Shown: positions 42,771 to 53,691 of the stretch, one piece after another
Numbering within the stretch: the stretch's first letter is position 1
Layout of the letters: each line of letters opens with the position of its first letter
Notes under the pieces: model-generated
The model's input: only the letters and a program-made list of their open reading frames with translations
Told to the model about the DNA's origin: nothing
Database searches by the model: none
Translations under genes and position numbers: made by a program
NCBI GenBank assembly: GCA_965116655.1
Contig: OZ220720.1
Coordinates: 892,338-956,337, forward strand
Direction: 5' to 3'
DNA length: 64,000 nucleotides
Source of the DNA: Dehalococcoidia bacterium
GTDB lineage: Bacteria > Chloroflexota > Dehalococcoidia > Lucifugimonadales > VXLM01

Positions 42771-43649
42771 CTACGGCAGCCTGGGCAGTATGTCGGTGGC
42801 CTTGAACATCTCGATCGGGCCGGCAGGCGGGTTGTCGAGCAGCTCGCGCACCTCTTCGATGCGCTCTTCGCTCCGCTCGAAGCGGTATATCTCCAAAGCG
42901 CGCTCGAGGTCGGCCCTGCCGGGGGCGGTCTGGCCGTTATTGATGAGGAGCGCGCCGCGGTTGCGGTAGGCGTCGGCCAGCCACGGGGCGAGCCGTATGG
43001 CCGTGTTGAAATCGTCGAGGGCGGCCTGCTCATCTCCCTCATCGTGGCGGAGCAGACCCCGCTGGAGGTAGGTGTCTCCGGACTCCGGGTCGAGTTCCAG
43101 AGATTTCTCGAAATCCTCTCTGGCCAGCTGGTACTGCTCGGAGCGCAAGAACGCCACGCCCCGGTAGTAGTAGGCCCGCGGCATTTCGGGGTGTATCCGA
43201 ATGATCAGGTCGAATGCGGGGATGGACTCTTCGTTCTGCCCGGCGTAGAGCGTGTTGACGGCGGACATGAACCGGAAGAGCACGTCGGGGTCGGACTCGT
43301 CGTCTTCCGACTCGCCGTCGGAGGAGGATTCGAGGGCCGCCAGGGACTCGGCAAGCACCTCTTCGGCAGATTCCCTTATCGAATCTGAGTCATCTTCGAG
43401 GACTGCCACCACGTCGTCTACGGTGGCTTCCGTTCCCTTTTCCTCGATCGCCTGCTCAACGGCCTCCTCGATGTCACCCTCCGTCACGGTCGGCTCGGGA
43501 GTCGATGTCGGCTCCGGTTCGGCCTCGGCGGTGGGCGTGGAGAGCGACGGGGCGGGCGTCGGATCGGTCGAGTCTCCTCCACAGGCAGCGAGCGAGACCA
43601 GCGCGGCGAGCGCCAGGAAGAGTGCGAGAGTTGTCCGGGCGTACTGCAT
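42771..43649 (-). CDS. TPR-repeat lipoprotein
   Basis: The start is trimmed to MQYARTTLALFLALAALVSLAACGG (lipobox). A Thr/Pro/Glu-rich linker is followed by TPR units (AYYYRGVAFL, AYRNRGALL). Confidence 0.75.
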   Translation of the reverse strand: MQYARTTLALFLALAALVSLAACGGDSTDPTPAPSLSTPTAEAEPEPTSTPEPTVTEGDIEEAVEQAIEEKGTEATVDDVVAVLEDDSDSIRESAEEVLAESLAALESSSDGESEDDESDPDVLFRFMSAVNTLYAGQNEESIPAFDLIIRIHPEMPRAYYYRGVAFLRSEQYQLAREDFEKSLELDPESGDTYLQRGLLRHDEGDEQAALDDFNTAIRLAPWLADAYRNRGALLINNGQTAPGRADLERALEIYRFERSEERIEEVRELLDNPPAGPIEMFKATDILPRLP

Positions 43650-43823
43650 GATCGGGACTCCGAAGGACGGACTAGAGGATACCATATATTGACTTGCGCA
43701 CCTTCGATTGGTGTACGCTTAGGGTCGAGCGCGCAGCTATGGCCCGACCTTAGCTGATATAACGCCCCGACGCGGGTTCCGTTACCTATCCGGATAGGAC
43801 CCTACACAAAAGACCCCGGAGGA

Positions 43824-44372
43824 ATGATGATACGCAGCCTGGACGGGAAGTCGCCGAAGATACACCCCACGGCGTTCATAAGCGAGACGGCGTACATCGT
43901 CGGAGACGTAGAGATAGGTGAGGGTTCGAGCATCTGGCCCGGCGCGGTTATCCGCGCGGACGCTGGGAAGATCGTCATCGGAAGGTTCACGTGCATACAG
44001 GACAACTCGGTCGTGCACGGGGACGACGACGTCCACATCGGCGACCGGGTGGTAATCGGTCACCGGGTGCTGTGCCACGCCAGGACCGTAGGCGATGGAG
44101 CGCTGATCGGCAACGGGTGCATCGTCAACGACGGGGCTGAGATCGGCGAGGGCAGCCTCGTCGGTTCAGGAGCCATGCTGATCGAGAACACGAAGGTGCC
44201 AGCAGGTTCGATGGCCGTGGGGGTACCGGGAAGGGTGCGGGGGCAGGTGCAGGAACGTCACCGGAAGCTGATGGAGACGACGACCGAGCACTACATCGAG
44301 AAGGCGGAGCGGTTCAAGCGCCAGGGCAATCTCGAATCGGACCATCTCGGCGTCAGCGGCGTGGGCTACTAG
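43824..44372 (+). CDS. gamma-carbonic-anhydrase-like hexapeptide-repeat protein
   Basis: 182 aa: KIHPTAFISETAYIVGDVEIGEGSSIWPGAVIRAD...IG....IQDNSVVH. Confidence 0.8.
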   Translation: MMIRSLDGKSPKIHPTAFISETAYIVGDVEIGEGSSIWPGAVIRADAGKIVIGRFTCIQDNSVVHGDDDVHIGDRVVIGHRVLCHARTVGDGALIGNGCIVNDGAEIGEGSLVGSGAMLIENTKVPAGSMAVGVPGRVRGQVQERHRKLMETTTEHYIEKAERFKRQGNLESDHLGVSGVGY

Positions 44373-44404
44373 GCCCGACACGCCCCCACACGGTCAACAC
44401 CGTC

Positions 44405-45448
44405 ATGCTCGTACGTGATACCGGCGAATTCCGCTTGATCGAACTGTTGGAGGAAACCCTCGCGACTGAGGGCGTGGAAGGGTCGAACTCCAAGCAACCC
44501 CCAGCTCAAGGGCTCCGCCTCGGCATCGGGGACGACGCGGCCGTGTGGGAAGGCGAGGCCGGCACGCGCGTCCTCACCACCGACGCGATGGTGGAGGGCG
44601 TCCATTTCGACCTCGACCTGACCTCTTGGCGCGACCTCGGCTGGAAGGCGATGGCGGTTAACCTGAGCGACGTGGCCGCCATGGGGTGTCTCCCGACATG
44701 CTCGGTGGTGACGCTCGGCCTGCGTGACGACCTGCCAGTCGAGGGACTGATCGATATGTACCGGGGCATGGCGGAGGCCTGCCGGAGCCATGGAGGACGG
44801 ATCGTCGGAGGGGACGTCGTTCGCTCGCCGGTCTTTTTCTTGAACGTGGCGATGGAAGGACACGTAAGTATCACCGATACCGACGGAGGAGGGATCATCC
44901 TGACGCGCGACGCCACGGAGATCGGAGAAGTCATCGCCGTCACGGGCACCCTCGGAGATTCCGCCGGCGGCCTGCACCTGGCGCTGGCGGGAGAGAAATT
45001 CGACGACTCGACCGTAAGGCTGCGCGCGGCCCACTTCCGCCCGGAGCCGCAACTTGAAGCCGGACAGGTGCTCGTGAAGGCCGGGATACGCGCGGCCATG
45101 GACATCAGCGACGGGCTGGTGGGCGATCTGACCAAGCTGTGCGATGCCAGCGGCGTCGGAGCCGTGGTGAGGGGAGGTGACCTTCCCGTCAGCGACACGC
45201 TGCGGCGCAGGTTCCCTGACGGATGGCTCTCCTACGCCCTGACCGGGGGGGAGGACTACGAGCTGCTGTTCACCGGGCGAGAGGAGATCGTGAGAGAAGT
45301 GGCCGAGACCGTCGACGTTCCGGTGACGATTATCGGAGAGATCGTCGATGCGCCGCGTGGGGTGAGCGTGGAGGACGCGAAGGGCGATGCCATCGACGCG
45401 GAGCGCGGCGGCTGGGACCATTTTGCGACCGGTTCAAGCGGTGATTAG
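44405..45448 (+). CDS. thiL: thiamine-monophosphate kinase
   Basis: 347 aa: GEFRLIELL, GIGDDAAV, TTDAMVEGVHF, AVNLSDVAAMG. Confidence 0.88.
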   Translation: MLVRDTGEFRLIELLEETLATEGVEGSNSKQPPAQGLRLGIGDDAAVWEGEAGTRVLTTDAMVEGVHFDLDLTSWRDLGWKAMAVNLSDVAAMGCLPTCSVVTLGLRDDLPVEGLIDMYRGMAEACRSHGGRIVGGDVVRSPVFFLNVAMEGHVSITDTDGGGIILTRDATEIGEVIAVTGTLGDSAGGLHLALAGEKFDDSTVRLRAAHFRPEPQLEAGQVLVKAGIRAAMDISDGLVGDLTKLCDASGVGAVVRGGDLPVSDTLRRRFPDGWLSYALTGGEDYELLFTGREEIVREVAETVDVPVTIIGEIVDAPRGVSVEDAKGDAIDAERGGWDHFATGSSGD

Positions 45449-45454
45449 GCGCAG

Positions 45455-45751
45455 ATGGACCGGGTAACCGTCAATATCGAGACGCAGGGGGGGATGCGCG
45501 CGAGCGAGATCATCGCCGATCTGCGTGCGACGGCGGAGACGCTGTACTACCCGATGACGCTGGTCGGGTTCTGGGACTACCGGGCGGAGATGCATCTCTG
45601 TCCCCAGGAGGAGCGGAGGGAGTCATGCCCGCATGAGCTTCCCGACGATGACCCGGACCGCGTCGAGTACCGGATGACGATGCAGCGAGAACGGCAGGGG
45701 AACCTCGAGGTGTTTTTTCCTCATGCGGGGATCGCCGTGTTCTTATCGTAG
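45455..45751 (+). CDS. hypothetical protein
   Basis: 98 aa, 6 nt downstream of thiL. No motif recognised. Confidence 0.35.
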   Translation: MDRVTVNIETQGGMRASEIIADLRATAETLYYPMTLVGFWDYRAEMHLCPQEERRESCPHELPDDDPDRVEYRMTMQRERQGNLEVFFPHAGIAVFLS

Positions 45752-45757
45752 GACAAA

Positions 45758-45792
45758 CCCCCTCTCTGTATCTCTCCCCCGGGGGAGAGATA
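45758..45792. repeat. family-A hairpin repeat
   Basis: CCCCCTCTCTGTATCTCTCCCCCGGGGGAGAGATA. Confidence 0.65.
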
Positions 45793-45858
45793 TTTTATGC
45801 AGGTCGTTTCTTGGGCGACGAAGGACCTCAGGCGGTCTGTCATGCCTTCGGACGAGCA

Positions 45859-45959
45859 TTTTAGATTCCTCGACTCCGCTGCGCTGCGCTCGGAATGACA
45901 GGGATGAGGCGCTTTCTCATCAACGGAGGTAGGTCGATAGACCAATGCCTAACGCTGTC
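45859..45959. repeat. degenerate partial copy of the MITE-like element (inner right TIR plus decayed outer end)
   Basis: ATTTTAGATTCCTCGACTCCGCTGCGCTGCGCTCGGAATGACA, then ...TGCCTAACGCTGTCAC. The decayed end abuts the ispE stop codon. Confidence 0.45.
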
Positions 45960-46836
45960 ACCCGTCAGCAAAGGGGGAACCATCCCCGCCTCCCACCATA
46001 GAGACGAGGTGGGCCTCCCAGCCGTGCCGGTGCTGGAGCAGAAGCTGGATGGCGGTCGCGTGGTGCTTGGTGGAGACGGGCGCGTAGAGGGACGGCCCGG
46101 CACCGCAGAGGTGGATCTCCCGCGCTCCGAGATCGTGGAAGGTGTCCCAGTAGGTTGATAGGTCGGGGAGGGCTTCCTTGGCCACTTCGTCGAAGGCGTT
46201 GAAGAGGAACTGGGGCGGTGTGTCGCCTTTGCTGCTCAGTCGGGCGGCGAGCTTGCGGGTGAGGCCGCCGTTGGTGTAGCTCATCGGTCCGATCTTCGAG
46301 AACATCGTTGCGGTCTTGTTGGGCAGGTCGATTTGGGGCGTGAGGATGACGGCCCATTCGAGGTTGGCCGGAGGCAAAGGTTCGACTCGCTCGCCTCGTC
46401 CGAACACCCTGCCCGTCCCGCCGTAGAGGAAGAAGGGAACGTCGGACCCGATTTGGGCCGCGAGTGGCAGGAGGTCGTCTCTCGTCAGCTCCGTGCCCCA
46501 GAGCCTGTTGAGGGCAAGGAGGGTCGCCGCCGCGTCGGAGCTGCCCCCGCCGAGACCGGCAGCGACCGGAATTCTTTTTCCCAACCCGATAGACGCTCCA
46601 CTTGACACGCCCATCGTGTCACGCAGCAGGTGGGCCGCTCGGAGCACGAGGTTGTCCGGAGTCGCCAGCTCAGGACGGTCGCAGTCGAGCGTGACGGCGT
46701 CGGACTCCTCGAAGGTCAGGGTATCGTGGAGGCTGACTGTCTGGAGTATCGAGGCGATGTCGTGGTAGCCGTCGTCGCGCTTGCCGAGCACTTCGAGCGT
46801 CAGGTTGATCTTGGCGTGCGCCCGCATGGTAATCAT
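45958..46836 (-). CDS. ispE: 4-diphosphocytidyl-2-C-methyl-D-erythritol kinase
   Basis: 292 aa: AHAKINLTLEVLGKRDDGYHDI and IPVAAGLGGGSSDAAA. Confidence 0.9.
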   Translation of the reverse strand: MITMRAHAKINLTLEVLGKRDDGYHDIASILQTVSLHDTLTFEESDAVTLDCDRPELATPDNLVLRAAHLLRDTMGVSSGASIGLGKRIPVAAGLGGGSSDAAATLLALNRLWGTELTRDDLLPLAAQIGSDVPFFLYGGTGRVFGRGERVEPLPPANLEWAVILTPQIDLPNKTATMFSKIGPMSYTNGGLTRKLAARLSSKGDTPPQFLFNAFDEVAKEALPDLSTYWDTFHDLGAREIHLCGAGPSLYAPVSTKHHATAIQLLLQHRHGWEAHLVSMVGGGDGSPFADG

Positions 46837-46931
46837 GGGAACAGTATACTCTTACCTCAACAGAGGGAGCCGACGAGGCAGAATATGCGGCATGGTCAGA
46901 TTAACCAAGATTCAAAGGGAAGGAAGACACA

Positions 46932-47396
46932 ATGGACAACACACGAGAGGTCGATCTCTACTGGGACATGATCAGGAATTCCGTTGATGAGCTTGTCGCC
47001 TGCCTGGAGGGGCTCGACGGCGACTCGCTGAACTGGAAGCCTCTTGAGGACGCCAACAGCCTCTGCGTCCTAGCCACGCACACGATGGGCAACGTGCGAC
47101 ACAACTTCCTCAGCATTCTTTGCGGTGGGCCCATCACGAGAGACCGCGATTCGGAGTTCGCGGCTATGGGAGACTCAGTAGCCGAGATCGAAGCGGGCTG
47201 GAACGAGCTTCAGCGCCGGATTTCGGAAGCCATTCGTGATTTGCCGCCGGACGACCTCGACCGTGTGAGGGATGATCCCCAGCGGGGGAAGATCACCGGG
47301 CGCGAGCTGATGATCCTCGTCGCCCGCCACGCCGCGGAGCACTACGGTCAGGCCCAGCTTACCCGCGACCTGGTGAAGGCGCGGCAGTCCGGTTAG
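46932..47396 (+). CDS. DinB-family four-helix-bundle protein
   Basis: 154 aa: LNWKP.....NS..VLATH..GN and ARHAAEHYGQAQLTRDL. Confidence 0.7.
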   Translation: MDNTREVDLYWDMIRNSVDELVACLEGLDGDSLNWKPLEDANSLCVLATHTMGNVRHNFLSILCGGPITRDRDSEFAAMGDSVAEIEAGWNELQRRISEAIRDLPPDDLDRVRDDPQRGKITGRELMILVARHAAEHYGQAQLTRDLVKARQSG

Positions 47397-47538
47397 CGTC
47401 ACCGCTTTCGTCGATAGGACTTTCCTCTAGAGGCCTCAGCGAAAGGTCAGCGCAACTCCACTTGTGTTGACTTGGACTCACTCACAAAATACACTCGCGC
47501 GGCAAGTCCCATTCGAGCGCGAGGAGAGCGATCTACCC

Positions 47539-48576
47539 ATGAAGGGCAAAGTTAGAACGGTTCTGGGGGACATCGAGCCCGGCGAGGTCGGGATGACCTC
47601 AATGCACGAGCATCTCTTCATCGACTTCACGGTGGTGTTCCAGCCGCCGGAGGAGGCGACGGCGAAGGCGAGGGCGTACGAGCCGGTCTCGCTGAGCAAT
47701 CTCGGGCGCATCCGGTACGACCCGTTCAGCAGCGCTGCGAACCTTCTGCTGCTCGATGAGGACGAGGCGATCGAGGAGGTGGGCCACTTCACGCGGGTGG
47801 GCGGCGGCACCATCGTGGACGTTACGACGATCGGGATCGGGCGCGACCCCATCGGACTTGCCAACATCGCAAGGGCCACGGGGGCGAACATCGTCACGGG
47901 CGCGGGGTACTACATCGCGCCCTCGCACCCGGACGGCATGGACGACGTGACGGTCGACGACCTGACGGCGGAGATGATTGCGGACGTGACCACGGGCGTC
48001 GGCAACACGGGTATCAGGGCGGGGATCATCGGCGAGCTGGGTTGCGGATGGCCGCTCCACAAGAACGAGCGGAAGGTGCTCCTGGCGGCGGCGGTCGCAC
48101 AGCAGGAGACGGGAGCGTCCATCCTGATCCATCCGGGCCGTGACGAGGAGGCACCGTTCGAGGTTCTGGACATTCTCGCGGGAGCGGGGGCGGACGTCGA
48201 GCGCGTCGTTATGGGGCACATCGGCAGGACGTACAAGAGCATCGAACGCGTGCTCGATCTCGCCAAGACGGGGTGCTACCTGGAGTACGACCAGTTCGGC
48301 TGGGAGTCGTCGTATTTCTCGTACGGCGTGATGGACTTCCCGAACGACGCGCAGCGGATGGACCACATCCAGCGGCTCATGGCGGAGGGGTACACGGACA
48401 AGATCGTCATCGGGCAGGACATCTGCGGCAAGCACCACCTGGTCAAGTACGGCGGGTGGGGCTACGGCCACATAATAGAGCACATCGTTCCGCGCCTGCG
48501 CGACCGCGGCGTCTCGGAGGACGAGATCGACGCGATCTACGTCGGGAATCCGACGGCGGTGCTGACGCTGGTGTAG
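47539..48576 (+). CDS. phosphotriesterase-family (PTE/PHP) amidohydrolase
   Basis: The start is trimmed to MKGKVRTVLGDIEPGEVGMTSMHEHLFID (GAGGAGAG upstream). It contains IHPGR and GQD. Confidence 0.8.
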   Translation: MKGKVRTVLGDIEPGEVGMTSMHEHLFIDFTVVFQPPEEATAKARAYEPVSLSNLGRIRYDPFSSAANLLLLDEDEAIEEVGHFTRVGGGTIVDVTTIGIGRDPIGLANIARATGANIVTGAGYYIAPSHPDGMDDVTVDDLTAEMIADVTTGVGNTGIRAGIIGELGCGWPLHKNERKVLLAAAVAQQETGASILIHPGRDEEAPFEVLDILAGAGADVERVVMGHIGRTYKSIERVLDLAKTGCYLEYDQFGWESSYFSYGVMDFPNDAQRMDHIQRLMAEGYTDKIVIGQDICGKHHLVKYGGWGYGHIIEHIVPRLRDRGVSEDEIDAIYVGNPTAVLTLV

Positions 48577-48678
48577 CGGGGTCCGCTTTCGCGCAGTCTC
48601 CCAGTCGCAGCGACATCTACACCGCCTTACTCTCACCGAAGAACTCTGATGGCGACTTAAACTCGCGCAGGGAAGTTC

Positions 48679-50178
48679 ATGACCAACTCGTGGGTGATAC
48701 TGGGCTTTGGGGCCTACTTTGTGATGCTGATCGGCATCGCGATAGTGGGCGCTCGCAAGATGCGGGACATGTCGGACTACGTGCTGGGCGGGCGGCGATT
48801 GAGCAGCTTCACGGCAGCGCTCAGCGCGGGGTCCTCAACCACAAGCGCGTGGACGATGCTTGCGCTCCCCGCTCTCGCGTTCACGAGCGGCGTCGTGGAA
48901 GTCTGGGTCCCCGCCGGAGCCGCGCTGGGCGTCTGGCTCAGCTGGACGGTCCTCGCAAGGAGATTGCGCCGCTATACCATCGAGGCGGGCAACCTACTGA
49001 CTATCCCGGAGTTCTACGAGGTCCGGTTCGGAGACACAACCGGCGCCCTGCGCGTGATGACTTCGGCCATCACCATCCTGTTCGTCGTCTTCTACGTGAG
49101 CTCCGGTCTCGTGGGCGGCTCGAAGCTGCTGGAGACGATATTCGGGATTGAGGAGAACACGGGCGTCGTTCTGACCTTCATCGCCGTTGCGTCGTACACC
49201 CTCATCGGCGGGTTCATGGCGGTGTCGAGGACGGACGTGTCCCAGGCGCTCCTGATGCTGGCGAGTCTTCTCGTCATCACGTTTACGCTCAGCAACTCGG
49301 CGGGGAGTCCGTTTTCGGGACTAGGAGACTCAATACCCGGATTCTTCAACCCGTTTACCGACAGTGAGGGTATGGCAATCACCATAACCTTCATTCTCTC
49401 GTCGGCGGGATGGGCATTCGGAGCCTTCGGCGCTCACAGAATCCTGCAGCGGTTCATGGCCGTCGAGCACGAAGAGATCATTCCGCGAAGCCGCAACATC
49501 TCCATTGTCTGGCTTGTCGCAGTCTATGGGCTCGCGATCATGGTGGGCGTGCTGGCCAGACCCGCTCTGACGGAAGCCGGGATGCTGGCGGAGGTGATGG
49601 ACCCGGAGCGCATCTACATCGTGGTGTCGGAGGTCTTCTTCCATCCGGTCGTGACGGGCGTGCTTCTGACGGGTGTGATCGCAGCGGTCATGAGCACCGC
49701 GGACTCGCAACTGCTCCTGGCGTCGGCCGTGGCCACCGACGACGTGCCGCTTGTCCGGAGGATCACCTATCGAGTTTCCGCCAGTGCGAGAATTTGGATA
49801 GGCCGCACACTGCTGGTGATCATAGGCTTAATCGCCGTGGCCATCTCGATACTGTACCCGGAGTCCATCTTCGATCTGGTGAGCTACGCATGGGGCGGCA
49901 TGGGCGCGGCGTTCGGACCCGTTACCATCCTGGCGCTCTACTGGCGGCGTTTCAACTTCTGGGGAGCCGCGGCGTCCATTGTGGCAGGCACCGTAGTGGC
50001 ATCGGTGTGGGCTTATCTCAACGGCGGCCCGATGGGCATGTGGGACATCCAGCCGGCCACTCCCGGCTTCATAATCGCCACCTTGGTGGCGGTCGTCGTC
50101 TCGTATGCCACGCCGGAACCGCCAGGAAAAGTCGTGGAACTCTTCGACAGGGTAAATGCCACCGGCGACCGTGGGTAG
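48679..50178 (+). CDS. sodium:solute symporter family transporter (PutP-like)
   Basis: 499 aa and polytopic: DYVLGGRRLSSFTAALSAGSSTTSAWTMLALPA. Confidence 0.8.
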   Translation: MTNSWVILGFGAYFVMLIGIAIVGARKMRDMSDYVLGGRRLSSFTAALSAGSSTTSAWTMLALPALAFTSGVVEVWVPAGAALGVWLSWTVLARRLRRYTIEAGNLLTIPEFYEVRFGDTTGALRVMTSAITILFVVFYVSSGLVGGSKLLETIFGIEENTGVVLTFIAVASYTLIGGFMAVSRTDVSQALLMLASLLVITFTLSNSAGSPFSGLGDSIPGFFNPFTDSEGMAITITFILSSAGWAFGAFGAHRILQRFMAVEHEEIIPRSRNISIVWLVAVYGLAIMVGVLARPALTEAGMLAEVMDPERIYIVVSEVFFHPVVTGVLLTGVIAAVMSTADSQLLLASAVATDDVPLVRRITYRVSASARIWIGRTLLVIIGLIAVAISILYPESIFDLVSYAWGGMGAAFGPVTILALYWRRFNFWGAAASIVAGTVVASVWAYLNGGPMGMWDIQPATPGFIIATLVAVVVSYATPEPPGKVVELFDRVNATGDRG

Positions 50179-50277
50179 CAAGCGGGCGGGCCTTATGAAT
50201 TTGGGGGAAATTCAGGCCTGAAGTCGTGGAGGGTAAGGGCCTTCCGAAACGTGCCGCGAGACGGGGACGGGTCTAGG

Positions 50278-50724
50278 CTAGTTCCGGGACGTCCAGATGG
50301 TGTGGTAGTTGTCGCCGAGGATGGCGGCGGTCATCTCCGTCTTTTCGCAGTGCCTGAGCTCTCTGAGTGCGGAGCCGCAGGTGTCGAGGGCCTCATTGCG
50401 GTTGGGGCCCGACTGGGAGAACCGCTCAACGAGCTTGTCCCAGATGCCGTTCTGGACGAGGGTATCCACATAGCCATGCCACGGAATGACAGTGAGGCCG
50501 GTCGGTCGCGGGAATCCGGGTCGGAGGCGTCGGACGCTCCTGATGCGCTCGCGGGGAGAAGAGACCATTGGCATGAGACGGAGCATGGGACCCTCGGTCT
50601 CGCTGCTCCTCATGTCAAAGACGGCGGACCTATCAAAAGTCGGGAAGGATATTGAAACAACTTCGGCGTTATCGATATCGTTGAAAAGCTCTTCAAGGTC
50701 GACAGCGAAATCGTCGCGATCCAT
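50278..50724 (-). CDS. hypothetical protein
   Basis: 148 aa. No motif recognised. Confidence 0.35.
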   Translation of the reverse strand: MDRDDFAVDLEELFNDIDNAEVVSISFPTFDRSAVFDMRSSETEGPMLRLMPMVSSPRERIRSVRRLRPGFPRPTGLTVIPWHGYVDTLVQNGIWDKLVERFSQSGPNRNEALDTCGSALRELRHCEKTEMTAAILGDNYHTIWTSRN

Positions 50725-50826
50725 GAATGGCCATCCCTCCCGGAAGCTAGTGTATCGCTACTATGAGCCGAAGGCGGCTCGCGGCAAAACGACACATCAA
50801 TTTATAGCACGTTATGGGTATGCAGT

Positions 50827-51810
50827 TCAAGAGTCCACGAGGTCTCTGACGGTTTCCATGAACGATGGTATGACAGCTTCCCAGTCCCCGACAACCCCAT
50901 ACGAGGCGTCTTTGAAGATATTGGCTTCGCGGTCCTTGTTGATGGCGACGATGTGCTTTGCGCCGGAGCATCCCGCCATGTGCTGGCTCGCGCCGGATAT
51001 GCCGACGGTGATGTAGACGTTCGGGGCTATCGTCCGTCCCGTCAGGCCGACCTGGTACGAGTGGTCGATCCATCCGGCGTCACAGGCCGCGCGGGACGCG
51101 CCCATAGCGCCGCCGAGGAGGTCCGCCAGCTGACCGACCAGCTCGAACGGCTCCGGGCCTCCGAGTCCGCGCCCGCCCGCTACGACGATGTCCGCGTCCT
51201 CAAGCCGGACGCCCTCGCTCGCCTGGGCGACGGTGCGGATGTTCCTCACGGGGTTAGGCGAGGCTGAGAGATCGACGGTTATGGGCACGATGTTGCCGGT
51301 GCGGGAGGCGTCGGGCAATGACGGTTCGTATGCCCTGCCACGCATGACAACCACCTGCGCGCCGTCGCCGGGGAAGGTGACGGCGGCCATGGCGCTTCCG
51401 CCATACACGGGCCGTGTGGCAACGACGCGTCCGGTCTCGGCATCGACACCGACGCGAATGCAGTCCTGCGCCAGGCCCGCGTTCAAGCGGAAGGCAACCC
51501 TCGGCCCGATCTCCCTGCCGTCCTGCGTCTTGCCGACGAGAACGACATCGGGGTTGATCTGATTGCAGACCTCGGTGAAAGCGACGACCTTCGGATCGAT
51601 CTCCGGCCCGTCGAGGACGGCGTCTTCCACGGTGTAGACGACCGACGCCCCGAGCGCGAACGCTTCACGTGCCGGGCCTTCGAGGTCCGTGCCCAAGAGG
51701 GCGACTCCTATATCGTCGTCGATCTGTCGAGCGGCCGCGATCAGCTCTCCCGTTACGGGGTCGAGAGACTTGTCTTCGCTAAGTTCGCCTAGTGCGAGGA
51801 TTTTGGTCAT
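50827..51810 (-). CDS. etfA: electron transfer flavoprotein subunit alpha
   Basis: 327 aa: VVAGGRGLG and [11 protein letters not shown]. Confidence 0.92.
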   Translation of the reverse strand: MTKILALGELSEDKSLDPVTGELIAAARQIDDDIGVALLGTDLEGPAREAFALGASVVYTVEDAVLDGPEIDPKVVAFTEVCNQINPDVVLVGKTQDGREIGPRVAFRLNAGLAQDCIRVGVDAETGRVVATRPVYGGSAMAAVTFPGDGAQVVVMRGRAYEPSLPDASRTGNIVPITVDLSASPNPVRNIRTVAQASEGVRLEDADIVVAGGRGLGGPEPFELVGQLADLLGGAMGASRAACDAGWIDHSYQVGLTGRTIAPNVYITVGISGASQHMAGCSGAKHIVAINKDREANIFKDASYGVVGDWEAVIPSFMETVRDLVDS

Positions 51811-51831
51811 TGGACGTCGTGAGTATTCGCT

Positions 51832-52635
51832 TCAGATGAGCTTGTCTTCGCGGAGCTTGAGGGCGAGCTTGCGGCCAGCGTCGGCGTCGTCGTCTCCCTC
51901 GATGATCTCGACGGAGCGGTCGGTCTCCGGGACGTAGAGGTCGGTGATGACGACCTTCGGAGCGAGCGCTGAAGTGTCGATCCCCAGGTCTGCGGCGCTC
52001 CAGACGGTGGGCGTCTTGCGTCCCGCGGCCATGATGCCCCGCAGGGTCGCGTAGCGTGGCTCGCCGAGCTCGTTGGTCACGGTCACCAGCGCGGGCAGGT
52101 CGGCTTCCAACTCAGTGTAGCCGTCGGGGACGACCTGCTGGACGGATACCGCCCCGTCGTTCACGTCGACCTTCTGCGCCACGGTGAGACACGGCAGGTC
52201 AAGCATCTCGGCGACGCCGAACGGCACCTGGGCGTTGTCCCAATCGGAGGCCTGGCGTCCTGCCAGTATGAGATCGAAGTCACCGATCTTCCTGATGGCC
52301 GCGGACAGGACGGTGGCCGTGGAGAAGGAGTCGAGGTCGTGGAAGGCATCGTCTTCGAGGAGAACGAGGTCGTCGGCCCCCATCGACAGCGGCTTCTTGA
52401 CCACGTCCATGACGAACGACCTGCCCATGGAGAGAGCGGTCACGTGCGCGCCGACGGCGTCCTTGATGCGCAATGCCGCCTCGACGGCGTTCTCGTCGAA
52501 CCCGTTGAGGACGGGCGGCGTCCCCTGCGACTCGATCACGCGCTTGGTGTCCGGGTCGACCTTGAACGCCGATGCGGGCATCTCAGGATCGAGCACCTGT
52601 TTGACGCACACGATGATGTTCACGGGTGGAGGCAC
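51832..52635 (-). CDS. etfB: electron transfer flavoprotein subunit beta
   Basis: 267 aa: IIVCVKQVLDPE, NGFDENAVEAALRIK, ILAGRQASDWDNAQV. Confidence 0.92.
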   Translation of the reverse strand: MPPPVNIIVCVKQVLDPEMPASAFKVDPDTKRVIESQGTPPVLNGFDENAVEAALRIKDAVGAHVTALSMGRSFVMDVVKKPLSMGADDLVLLEDDAFHDLDSFSTATVLSAAIRKIGDFDLILAGRQASDWDNAQVPFGVAEMLDLPCLTVAQKVDVNDGAVSVQQVVPDGYTELEADLPALVTVTNELGEPRYATLRGIMAAGRKTPTVWSAADLGIDTSALAPKVVITDLYVPETDRSVEIIEGDDDADAGRKLALKLREDKLI

Positions 52636-52735
52636 AGTCTCCTGCTATCGATAAGGCCAACTCGTATATAGTACGCCATCGAGCGCAGTCGGCATAGGAA
52701 AACGCGACTCGATTGGGTGCCTTGCAACGTTGGGC

Positions 52736-53491
52736 TCAGGACGCCTTTTCAATTCTGTCCAAGAACGACTTGACGGACGGCCCGACCCATTGCGTCCACT
52801 GCGTGCTGAGGAAGCGGATGTTGCGTTCGAGGTAGTAATCAAGGTTGTCGTCGCTGACGAGCGCGCCCGCGTGCTTGCCGGCTCCTAGGATCGCCTCGTA
52901 GCCGCGGTCGGCGGCGGCGAGCACGTCCGGATGGCGGTACTGGTTGAGGAGGCCCATGCTCTGCGAGAGGTCGCCGTTGGCAATGAAGAACACGTCGATG
53001 CCGTCGACCTTGACGATCTCCTCGATGTTCTCGATGGCGACGATGTCCTCAATGAGCACGATGAGCATCGTCTGGTCGTTGGCCTTGGGATAGTAGTTGT
53101 CCACTCCGATTCCCTGGCGGCTGGTTGCCATGCCGCGCTTGCCGATGGGATGGAACTTGCCGCCGTCGACGACGTTCTGCGCCTCCTCCGCCGTGTTGAC
53201 GTGCGGGACGACGATGGCCTGAGCGCCGAGGTCGAGCGTCCGGTAGATGAGCCCCTGCAGATTGAGGTGAAGCCTGACGACCGAGGTCATCCCCCACAGG
53301 TCGCAGGCCCTCGTGAGGTTCGGGATGTCCTGGAAGTCGAACGGGCCGTGCTCGGCCTCGATCCACATGCCGTCGAAGCCCATCGGACCGAGGAACTCGA
53401 TGATGTCGCCGCTCATGTTCCCCATGGCAACGGTGGCGATGCCGCCATCTTTCAGTGTCTGTTTCGCTTTGTTGCTGCGCAGTTCAACCAT
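52736..53491 (-). CDS. HpcH/HpaI family aldolase
   Basis: The start is trimmed to MVELRSNKAKQTLKDGG (AGGAGA upstream). It contains GFDGMWIEAEHGP, VVRL and IVVPHVNTAEEA. Confidence 0.8.
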   Translation of the reverse strand: MVELRSNKAKQTLKDGGIATVAMGNMSGDIIEFLGPMGFDGMWIEAEHGPFDFQDIPNLTRACDLWGMTSVVRLHLNLQGLIYRTLDLGAQAIVVPHVNTAEEAQNVVDGGKFHPIGKRGMATSRQGIGVDNYYPKANDQTMLIVLIEDIVAIENIEEIVKVDGIDVFFIANGDLSQSMGLLNQYRHPDVLAAADRGYEAILGAGKHAGALVSDDNLDYYLERNIRFLSTQWTQWVGPSVKSFLDRIEKAS

Positions 53492-53691
53492 TGTTGGGTA
53501 TGTCTCCTGTCGTTCCGGTTGTCGGGCGGGGCGATTATATGTGCCGGTCGAGAGAAGCGTCAATTGGGAATGGGGAATGGAAGGGCCGGTTCGGTGATCA
53601 GGCCGCACCGCTTGAACCGTCCTCCACCATAATTGACGTGCCGAAAGCATGGTGATACGTTCCCGAAGCTGAACATGGATGGAGGGCAGCC